From the IMG/VR virus record IMGVR_UViG_3300005512_000306, positions 1 through 25,049 of that record: DNA of 25,049 bases; one strand, 5' to 3'. This stretch comes from a virus (Duplodnaviria; Caudoviricetes). Below the pieces are notes generated by a model that saw only the letters and a list, made by a program, of their open reading frames with translations, did no database searches and was not told the DNA's origin. The translations under genes were made by a program, and so were the position numbers. Shown piece after piece: positions 1 to 8,600 of this stretch (within the stretch, counting starts at the first letter, position 1; each line of letters starts with the position of its first letter).

Positions 1-1
1 G

Positions 2-157
2 ATAGACGAAGTTACTCTCCTAGAACTATTAGATATCTCAAGTGAAGAGATTGTTTATCATTTTCAAGACAAGATAGAAGACAAGATAGATGAGCTTGAA
101 GAATTAGTTAACGATAATAAGAAGGAATTTGATATATATGACGACAACATTACCTAG
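2..157 (+). CDS. Partial (5'-truncated) acidic phage hypothetical protein
   Basis: Hand translation of frame 2: IDEVTLLELLDISSEEIVYHFQDKIEDKIDELEELVNDNKKEFDIYDDNIT, TAG at 155-157. Overlaps the RNR start. Not in the ORF track. Confidence 0.75.
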   Translation: MDEVTLLELLDISSEEIVYHFQDKIEDKIDELEELVNDNKKEFDIYDDNIT

Positions 158-2018
158 TATTTACCAAGAAGTAATACATCAAAGTAGATATGCAAGATTT
201 ATACCAGAAAAAAACAGAAGAGAAACCTGGCAAGAAACAGTAGATAGACTAGTAGACTATCTTATACAGAAAGCTCCAGAACTACATAAAGAAATGCCAA
301 GTATCAAAGAGGCAGTACTTAACTTAGACGTAATGCCTTCTATGAGATTATTAATGACAGCCGGAGAAGCCTGTGAACGGGATAACATTGCAGCTTATAA
401 TTGTAGTTACCTTGCTATCAATAATAAGCGAGCCTTTAGTGAGGCACTCTACATTCTTATGAATGGAACTGGTGTAGGTTTTTCATGTGAAAGACAAGAC
501 ACTAATAAACTACCAGAGATTCCAAAAGATATAAAAGAATGTGATGATGTTATTGTTGTAGAAGACAGCAAACTAGGCTGGGCAAAAGCATTTAAAAAAC
601 TAATATCTTCTTTATATGAAGGGGATATACCTCAGTTTAATTTTTCTAGAGTCAGACCAGCAGGAGCTAGACTTAAAACCTTTGGAGGTAGAGCCTCTGG
701 TCCTGACCCTCTTAAAAAACTATTTCAATTTGTAACAGATACATTTAAAGAAGCTAAAGGACGTAAGCTTAACAGTATAGAAGTACATGATATTATGTGC
801 ATGATAGGTCAGATAGTTGTAGTAGGTGGTGTCCGTAGGTCAGCACTAATTAGTTTATCTAATCTAACAGACAGACGTATGAGAGAAGCTAAGATGGGAG
901 CTTGGTGGAATGACCATCCTTATAGAGCCTTAGCTAATAACTCTGTAGCATATACAGAAGCTCCAGATTCAGAAGTATTTATGGAAGAATGGTTATCTTT
1001 AGTTAAGTCTAAGTCAGGTGAGCGTGGTATCTTTAATAGACTAGCAGCACAAGCACAAGCTAACAAGTGGGGTAGACGAGACCCATCATTATCTTACGGG
1101 ACGAACCCTTGCAGCGAGATAATTTTGAGGGATAAGCAATTCTGTAATCTAACTGAAGTAGTTATACGTGAGACAGATACAGAAAAAGATTTAGCACGTA
1201 AGGTTAGACTAGCTACGATACTAGGTACTATACAATCTACTCTTACTAACTTTCAATTCTTATCAGCAGAATGGGTTAAGAACACAGAAGAAGAAAGATT
1301 ATTAGGTGTGTCATTAACTGGCATTATGGATAACAAATTAACATCAAACCCAGACCCAAAGATGTTAGAAAGGTTAAGAGATGAAGCTCGTAAAACTAAC
1401 GAAACAATATCAGAAACACTTGGAATACCAACGTCAACAAGCATTACATGTGTTAAACCTTCTGGCACTGTTTCTCAGCTCGTTGATGCTGCTAGTGGTA
1501 TTCATGCTCGTCATAACGACTATTACATAAGAACAATTCGTATGGATAAGAAAGACCCTATCTATGATTTTATGAAAGATAGTGGTATCAAAGTAGAAGA
1601 TGAACAGTTTCATCCTAATGAAACAGCAGTGTTTAGTTTTGCAATGAAAGCTCCTAAAAATGCCACTACTCGTAATGATAAGACAGCTATAGAACAGCTA
1701 GAAAACTGGTTAATATATCAGCGTCACTGGTGTGAACATAAACCTAGTGTTACCATATCAGTTAAAGATAACGAGTGGGTAGAAGTAGGTGCATGGGTAT
1801 GGAAACACTTTGATGAGATTAGTGGTGTATCTTTCCTACCTCATTCAGACCATACATATGCACAAGCTCCCTATCAAGATTGTAATAAAGAAGCTTATGA
1901 TGAGTTACATAAATACAATCCTAAAGAATTAGATTGGAAAACTTTTGTAGAAAAAGAAGACAATACAGTAGGAGCACAAGAACTAGCTTGTAGTAGTGGT
2001 TCATGTGAGATACTATGA
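138..2018 (+). CDS. nrdJ: Class II adenosylcobalamin-dependent ribonucleotide reductase, monomeric RTPR type
   Basis: Motifs MPSMR, YNCSY, GTGVGFS, VVVGGVRRSALI, TNPCSEI...FCNLTEV (catalytic Cys), TCVKPSGTVSQL and C-terminal CSSGSCEI redox pair. No beta subunit follows. ATG at 138 is preferred to TTG 129 (AAGGA at 122-126). Confidence 0.93.
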   Translation: MTTTLPSIYQEVIHQSRYARFIPEKNRRETWQETVDRLVDYLIQKAPELHKEMPSIKEAVLNLDVMPSMRLLMTAGEACERDNIAAYNCSYLAINNKRAFSEALYILMNGTGVGFSCERQDTNKLPEIPKDIKECDDVIVVEDSKLGWAKAFKKLISSLYEGDIPQFNFSRVRPAGARLKTFGGRASGPDPLKKLFQFVTDTFKEAKGRKLNSIEVHDIMCMIGQIVVVGGVRRSALISLSNLTDRRMREAKMGAWWNDHPYRALANNSVAYTEAPDSEVFMEEWLSLVKSKSGERGIFNRLAAQAQANKWGRRDPSLSYGTNPCSEIILRDKQFCNLTEVVIRETDTEKDLARKVRLATILGTIQSTLTNFQFLSAEWVKNTEEERLLGVSLTGIMDNKLTSNPDPKMLERLRDEARKTNETISETLGIPTSTSITCVKPSGTVSQLVDAASGIHARHNDYYIRTIRMDKKDPIYDFMKDSGIKVEDEQFHPNETAVFSFAMKAPKNATTRNDKTAIEQLENWLIYQRHWCEHKPSVTISVKDNEWVEVGAWVWKHFDEISGVSFLPHSDHTYAQAPYQDCNKEAYDELHKYNPKELDWKTFVEKEDNTVGAQELACSSGSCEIL

Positions 2019-2215
2019 TAACTGAGTTTGTATTAATATTAAGTTTAGTAGGAAACTTTAGTCCTTCTGAAAAGTATGAAGCTACCTTTAGTAGTTGTGA
2101 AGAAGCTAGTGAATACTATGAAACTTTTTATAGAGGTAAGAAAGAATATAATGGATATAGATGTATCAGAAAGGATTTAATTGTAGAAAGAGATAAACTA
2201 AAATTAGGAATTTAA
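2015..2215 (+). CDS. Small hypothetical protein (paralogue A; hydrophobic N-terminus, two Cys)
   Basis: 66-aa ORF with ATGA overlap on the nrdJ stop; similar to the next ORF. Confidence 0.75.
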   Translation: MITEFVLILSLVGNFSPSEKYEATFSSCEEASEYYETFYRGKKEYNGYRCIRKDLIVERDKLKLGI

Positions 2216-2218
2216 ATT

Positions 2219-2449
2219 ATGCTAGAGTATATATTAGTAATTTATTTAAATAGTAATCCAGAATATATAGGTACATTTCAGGATTGTTTTTCAGCTGAAC
2301 GATATGTAAGGCAAGTCTATCCTACATATAATAGTAGTTGTTTACATAAAGAATACATTTATTTACCTGAAGATTTACAAGAACATTTTTTTATAGAGCA
2401 ACCTGATGGTAGCTTTAAAGTTTTACATCAAGTTCAGGAGCATGATTAA
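2219..2449 (+). CDS. Small hypothetical protein (paralogue B)
   Basis: 76-aa ORF with AGGA upstream; shares the E[FY]xL...TFxxCxxAxxY...YN...C pattern with 2015-2215. Confidence 0.75.
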   Translation: MLEYILVIYLNSNPEYIGTFQDCFSAERYVRQVYPTYNSSCLHKEYIYLPEDLQEHFFIEQPDGSFKVLHQVQEHD

Positions 2450-2586
2450 TGGCAATTACAGCATACCCTATTATGGGAGTTCAATTCGGATTTGAATTTA
2501 CAGAACAACTTGTAGATGATAACGAAGTAAGCTATTTACTTATTGATTTATTTATTATAAGATTACAGATTGCGTGGTATAAATGA
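2449..2586 (+). CDS. 45-aa hypothetical protein
   Basis: Hand translation MAITAYPIMGVQFGFEFTEQLVDDNEVSYLLIDLFIIRLQIAWYK. AGGAG RBS, TAATG overlap upstream and ATGA overlap downstream; fills the gap exactly. Confidence 0.75.
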   Translation: MAITAYPIMGVQFGFEFTEQLVDDNEVSYLLIDLFIIRLQIAWYK

Positions 2587-2948
2587 AGATAGCAGTGATT
2601 GGAAGTAGAAGTATTAGAGACCCAAAGGTACTCGACATAATAGACAAGTACCTTTCAGTCTACAAAGATAAGAACTATACTATCCTTATGGGTGATGCCA
2701 AAGGAGTAGATGAGCTTACTAAGCACTACGCAGACGCACACAATCTAGACGTAGTTAAGTTCTTACCCTACCATTTACTAGATAACAAAACAGAGTTTGA
2801 TTCTAGACATTTCTTTATTAGAACTAAACAGTTAGTAGACAATGCTGATAGAGTCCTAGCAATATGGGATACTAAAAGTAATGGTACAGAATACGCAATT
2901 AAATATTCACAGAAACAAGGTAAACCTACAACTATTATAAAGTTATAA
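2583..2948 (+). CDS. SLOG-superfamily (YspA/DUF2493-like) protein
   Basis: MKIAVIGSR, GDAKGVD and R..LVDNADRVLAIWDTKSNGT match the SLOG Rossmannoid pattern (GSR; GxAxGxD; WDGxSxGT). Confidence 0.8.
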   Translation: MKIAVIGSRSIRDPKVLDIIDKYLSVYKDKNYTILMGDAKGVDELTKHYADAHNLDVVKFLPYHLLDNKTEFDSRHFFIRTKQLVDNADRVLAIWDTKSNGTEYAIKYSQKQGKPTTIIKL

Positions 2949-3927
2949 GATAGTCAGCTTCTCTTTTTCTTCTACTATCATATCTATCACCAAAATTTTT
3001 AAGTTCTGTTTCAACAGCATCCCAATTACCTTCAGTTATAGCTTTCCAAAACTTAGGAGTTTTAGTAGCTAAGTCTCCATATTGAAAACCAACAGAAACA
3101 ATAACAGTTTGTTGTTGTCTAGATAAGTCTGAAAACTTTTTACCTGTAGTTTTTTCATAGCTTTTAATTATTTTATTTGATTCTTTTTGTTTAATAGTTT
3201 TATCTATTAATTGTTGTTCTTCTTTAGTTATTGTTAATGGCTTTTCTTTTAATTTTTTATAAGCTTCTTCTTTAGTTAATCCTAAATAAGGACTAAATTT
3301 ATCTTGTAATTCTTGTGGAAAATCTTTTAAGTCCTCTGCATTACGTTGACCTAAGTCAAATCCTGTAGCTATAGTAACACCTGAATTAGAGTTTTTAGGG
3401 TCAGGTACATAACCTTCTAGTTTAGTTCCTTCTTGTTGTCCAATAAATTCCCAATCTATTTCAGTAGCTTTAGGCTCTTCCATAAACTTATGTAATTCTT
3501 GAGAGCGTTCATTAAGTTCTTCTCCTGTATTATAAATAGGAAACTTACCTGCTTCTATGTCTTTTTGCCAGTAGTTATAAGCTTCTTCTTCTGACATAAT
3601 CTTTTTTGTTTCTCTGTTATATCCTGGAACTGCTACAAATTTATTATCAGGTGTTTTAATACCAATACTATATACAGTAGTTACAGAACCATCTTCATTA
3701 ATAAGCTCCTTACCTTGTTTAACTGTATCAGTATGGTAATTAAGTATTTCTTGTTCTTGTGGGGTTACTGACTCTTGTTTTGATAACTCCATGTAATTAG
3801 GGGTATCATTAGGATTAGCTGTACCTAAAGGAGGAGGAGTTACTGACTCTTGTTGTGTAGCTTTTTTTTCTTCTTTACCCCATTTAAATACATCAAAAGT
3901 ATCTAAAAAATCAAGATTAATCGGCAT
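2935..3927 (-). CDS. Modular protein with C-terminal pesticin-type (T4-lysozyme-like) muramidase domain; likely virion-associated peptidoglycan hydrolase
   Basis: IDWEFIGQQEG...GYVP...SNSGVTIATGFDLGQRN and RRKREADYL. Start moved from 3957 to ATG 3927 (GGAG upstream, shorter overlap). Last gene of the internal-protein block. Confidence 0.8.
   Translation of the reverse strand: MPINLDFLDTFDVFKWGKEEKKATQQESVTPPPLGTANPNDTPNYMELSKQESVTPQEQEILNYHTDTVKQGKELINEDGSVTTVYSIGIKTPDNKFVAVPGYNRETKKIMSEEEAYNYWQKDIEAGKFPIYNTGEELNERSQELHKFMEEPKATEIDWEFIGQQEGTKLEGYVPDPKNSNSGVTIATGFDLGQRNAEDLKDFPQELQDKFSPYLGLTKEEAYKKLKEKPLTITKEEQQLIDKTIKQKESNKIIKSYEKTTGKKFSDLSRQQQTVIVSVGFQYGDLATKTPKFWKAITEGNWDAVETELKNFGDRYDSRRKREADYLITL
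3761..3854. repeat. In-frame direct repeat, 18/19 bp, 75 bp period
   Basis: ggggttactgactcttgtt (3761-3779) and ggagttactgactcttgtt (3836-3854); both encode QESVTP. Confidence 0.85.
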
Positions 3928-5695
3928 CAGTAACAAGCTCCAGATTATTAAGTTCATCTTTTAGTATCCGTTCTGCCATTTCAATAGGGTCAGTCCCTTC
4001 CATCATAGCTCTAATTTTAATATATAGGTTAGCTCTTTGAAGATTAGCTTCCATTGCTGGAGGTAATGCATCAGGGCTAGTTAAACGTCCTGTATTTTTA
4101 TCTAGTATAATATTGTAGTCAGCATCTTGGCTTTCTCTTTGAAATACAGCCATAGTATATTGTCTAAACTCACCTAAAGACTTTATAATAGAAGATTTAA
4201 AATCAGGATTACTATAAAAATGTTTAAAGACTTCAGGTTTTAATTGAGATAAAGCAGTTAATTGTAAATCATATCCTTTTAATTTAGTAGCAGATTTACT
4301 ATTAAAATCTTGAGCATGTATATTATTTAATGTAGCACTAACTAAATTAATATCACCAGGCTGAGAAGAAGTATCTGCTTTTCTAATAGCTTGTTCTACT
4401 ACTACACCCCAATCAGGGTCATTAATAACATCAACTTCAGTAGCTGAATAAGAAGTATTTTTAGGTTCAGACATAGCTTTAGCATACACTTGTAATTCTT
4501 TTCTAAAGACTTCTTCTAAGTCTTGACTTAAAGCTCCTGCTCCTTTTAATTTAGACAAGGTATCAGCAAGACCATTTAAAGTTTTTTGAGCAAGTTCAGC
4601 ATTTCCAAACTGCATCATAAATTTAGTATCTAAATCTGTTTTAACAATGGAAGCTACATTTTTTTTATATTTTTCTAAACCTTCTAAACTTAAATCACTT
4701 ATCATTTCTTTACGAAATAATTCAAAAGTAGCATTCATAGTTGTATTAAAAGATTTAACATCTTCTTTATCTTGAGGCAATTCATCATACATTTCTGCTA
4801 CAGCTGTTTCAAATCCAGCAATTAATTCTCTAGCTGCTAATACTTTTGAATTGTAATCAGGGTAATTAGTATTATCAAGAAGAATAGCTTTTACTCCTTG
4901 AGTAATTTCAGTATGTAGCATTTCTTTTATGTTAGCTGTACCTCCTGCATCTTTCCATATAGCATAAGTTTCTATTTTAGATAAGCCTTCAGAGCTTTCT
5001 AATAAAAATTTAGCTCGTTCATACTTACTTGATTTACTTTTATAAAAATCATAAGCTACTTCTAGTTTATCTCTAGGTAAATCATAGGCACTACCTTCAA
5101 TAAAGGGGTCAATAAATTCTACCTTTTGTTTATATTCTTCTAAAGCTATTTTTTGTGCAGTTTCTTGAGCTTTAATTTGATAAGCGTAAAGGTCATTTGT
5201 TCCTAATTGATTTGTAGTTTGTGCATATCTACTTACAATTTCATCTTGTGCCCACATATTGTTATTAACTAATTTTTGAATTTCAGTTTTGTTTCTAATC
5301 ATACTTTCATAAGGATTATAAATTCCTTGAGCTTCCCCTTTAGAAAGAGTACTAGTAATAGTATCAACTCTATCTAAAATTTTAGCACGAGCATCTCCTT
5401 CAAGACCAGGTAATTCATTTTGCAAAGCAGTTCGCTCTGATATTAATAAATTTCTACCATCAGGACTATTAGCTAAAGCTTCTTGATAGTGGTCATAAGC
5501 AAGGGCATTAGCTTCTTTAGTTACTTTATTTTTTTCTAATTGTTCATAATTACCTAGCCCAAGCATAGCTCCACCCGCTAAAGTAGTAATCAAAGAATCG
5601 TCTATAGCCCCAGATTTATCTACAACACCAGGTTGTACTGTTAATCCAGGATATAGCTTTTCCATTTTAGTAGTTTCAAAGTCTGATTTCGCCAT
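3917..5695 (-). CDS. Putative internal virion (ejection) protein
   Basis: 592-aa, helical-looking protein in the block after the tail nozzle. Function inferred from position only. Confidence 0.55.
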   Translation of the reverse strand: MAKSDFETTKMEKLYPGLTVQPGVVDKSGAIDDSLITTLAGGAMLGLGNYEQLEKNKVTKEANALAYDHYQEALANSPDGRNLLISERTALQNELPGLEGDARAKILDRVDTITSTLSKGEAQGIYNPYESMIRNKTEIQKLVNNNMWAQDEIVSRYAQTTNQLGTNDLYAYQIKAQETAQKIALEEYKQKVEFIDPFIEGSAYDLPRDKLEVAYDFYKSKSSKYERAKFLLESSEGLSKIETYAIWKDAGGTANIKEMLHTEITQGVKAILLDNTNYPDYNSKVLAARELIAGFETAVAEMYDELPQDKEDVKSFNTTMNATFELFRKEMISDLSLEGLEKYKKNVASIVKTDLDTKFMMQFGNAELAQKTLNGLADTLSKLKGAGALSQDLEEVFRKELQVYAKAMSEPKNTSYSATEVDVINDPDWGVVVEQAIRKADTSSQPGDINLVSATLNNIHAQDFNSKSATKLKGYDLQLTALSQLKPEVFKHFYSNPDFKSSIIKSLGEFRQYTMAVFQRESQDADYNIILDKNTGRLTSPDALPPAMEANLQRANLYIKIRAMMEGTDPIEMAERILKDELNNLELVTDAD

Positions 5696-5696
5696 G

Positions 5697-8600
5697 TTAG
5701 TCCTCTTTTAAATCTTGTAGTTCGTTATATAAAGTTTCTAAAGTGTTTCTGTATTCAGAGTTAGGTGCTAATTCTATAAAAGATTTTATAGCTTGTATGT
5801 CTTCAGTAGAATATTTAGGATTAGCATGTATTCTTCTACGTTCTAGTATGTCATTAAATAATGATTTAAGTCTAGATTTTTTAGATTGACTATCTAATTT
5901 AATTAGCTCTTCCCAAAACATGTCTCTTTGATTATCTGTGAATTCAGCAATAAAGTTAGCAGTTCTAAAAGATTCTGTTATTTCACCAAAAGTTAAGTCA
6001 TATCCATTAAGAATTAAACCTGATTCCCACCAGCTTTTAGCTAGTTCAGCTATACGTTCTTTTTCATCTTTTAAAGAAAACTTAGTTTCAAAAAAGATTC
6101 TATCTTTATCATTAGGTACTGAGAAGGCAGTAAGAAACTTATCAAAGTTAGACACAGGTGTACCTGTAGTTTGTCCTAGTCTACTAATTTTTTCATTTAA
6201 TTTAGTATACATAAAAGTATTCCATAATGAACTACCACCTGAAGTTAGTCTAGCTAACTGTACTAAACTAGATTGTAACTTATCATTAAATGCAATATTA
6301 TCATGTTCAGTAAACATAGAATCAATTAACTTAAATGTATCTATTACTTGTATTGCTGTACGTGTAGCTGGTCCTAATTGATAATTAGGTATGTCAGCAC
6401 CTAGCATTGTTGCTAAAGTTTTCCAGAATGAACGATAAACACCACCAGCCTCAGTACCAAAAGGTGAGTATACTTGTGCTATATCAGCAGTTGATGTAAT
6501 TAAATTACCATTATCATCATAAGTAGGGAAGACAGCATCAGCTGTTCTATTAATAATTAATCTAGTTAATGCTACATCATCTAACATTTTAGCTACATCT
6601 TCATTACCAGAAGCATTAAGACTATCAAGTATAAGTTCTCCAAGACCATACACTAAGCCTCCACGTACTCCAAATACAGCTAAGTTATATGCAGCTAAAG
6701 CTCCACGTTGAGTAGGTGAATAAGGAGAAGCTCCTTTATTCCATATAGATTCAGAGGCTTTCATACCAAATGCCTGAAACTGTCCAATGTATTGTAAAAT
6801 AGGTACACGTTGGAAAGCATATGTATTTTCTTTAATCATAGAACCAGCTAGTTGATTAGCATCAAATGTAATTTCATTCATAGCTGTTTTACTTCTCCAG
6901 TTTTTACCTGGATTATTTTTAACCCATAGTGAACGAGCAGCATGCCACATACCAACACGGTTCATATATTCACCAGCTTCAAAACCATACTTACCATAAG
7001 TTGATAAAGCTTTATTAGCTAGTCTACCAAAAGTAGTTCCTCCTGATAATGTATCTACTTTATGACTAAAGATACCTTTAGCAAAGTAGTGTTCACCAGT
7101 AATACCATGACCTACATCTTCAATGTATTTAATAATATATTGATGGTCTTTTAATGTAAGTTTAGAAGAGTCAACTCCTAAAGATTTTTCTATTTTTCCT
7201 TGTTCATAAGCATACTTAAATAACTCTGGATTATACTTAGCATATTTTCCTTCAATACCTTTACTTTGTAATAGTTTAGCATGTACTGTACCTACAGTAT
7301 TTACAAAAGTATTTAAACTATCAGGACCTACAATCATAGGACCAAATATACCAATAGGTTGTAACGTTAAGTTTCTCCACAAAGCCGCAAGTGTAATTTT
7401 AAATGTAGTAACATAACGTCTAGGAGCATCAAGAACTACATTAGGATTACGTTCCCATCTACGGAAAAATTTAGAAGCATGTAAAAACATTGGAGAATCT
7501 GTAGCACTACCAAGTTTATCAGCTATCATAGATAAATATCTAGCCCACATTTGCCCACTATGTCCTTGACCCATAGCATGCATACGTTCCCACTCAGCTA
7601 CAGCTTGTCTATATATGCGTTCATTACCAGGTTTTATTTGAATTTCACTAGCTTTAGTAGGATAAACTTCACTACCATGTTCTAATCTAACTTTACCTTT
7701 GTAAGCTTCAAGCCAACCAACTTGCATTTGTTCAAGAACAGGCTGCATAAATGCATCTGTACCTAGTCGTTGAGTAGTAAGTACAAAAGATTCTAAAGGG
7801 TCAGCATATATAGGATTATAAATATTATCATTAGATGCTTTAGCAGGTCTAGCAACAGCTTCTCTAATTAAATGAACTTCAAGATTATCACGTGCTGTTA
7901 ATTCTTCTGCTTTAACTACATCAAAATCATATTTAGTAGAGTCCATCTCTGGAAGAAGGTCTCTATTTTTATTCATCCAAGCATTAGCTTCGGTTTTAGT
8001 TTTAAACATAGCAACAGTATTAGCATTAGATTCTAACAATGGAATCTCACGAGCTAATGTACCAACAGGTGCCATAGTTAGTTTACCATTTCTTACTATA
8101 CGTTTAGGATAAGCTTTAACAAAGAATGTACCTTCTGATATTCTACTAAAGTGTCCAGTTTTAGTAGGAACAATCCAATCAGGTACTCCTGTTAACTTTT
8201 GTCCTTTAGGTAGTATAGCATAATCAAACATAGCTCCTGTTTCATCTCTAAAAGGTTTAGCTAATTTAACTATTTTCCTTATTGGTAAATCATTTTGATA
8301 TAAAAATTGCTCAACAGCTATTGTTTGATTGTTAGCTTCATGTGCATTCCATTTAAATGCAGTTTGATGTTCAGCATCCCATAATGTATCTAAATTAATT
8401 TTACCTGTATTTTCATCAATAGGAAATTGAAAGACATCTTGTACCATTATTCTTTGTTTGTTACCATCCATTCTATTTATATCTATATAATCTTTAAATC
8501 CTTCTGTGACATATCTGTTAATTTCACGTTGATTTAATAGTTGATAACTAAATTTATCTATTTGTCTCATCAAGGCAAGAGTATCTTGTAATCCACGAAC

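Noticed and set aside
1253-1468. 71-aa minus-strand ORF
   Set aside because: Antisense shadow inside nrdJ; no independent coding signal.
5938-6381. 147-aa plus-strand ORF
   Set aside because: Antisense to the 1699-aa gene; Ser/Leu/Ile-rich composition typical of a shadow frame.
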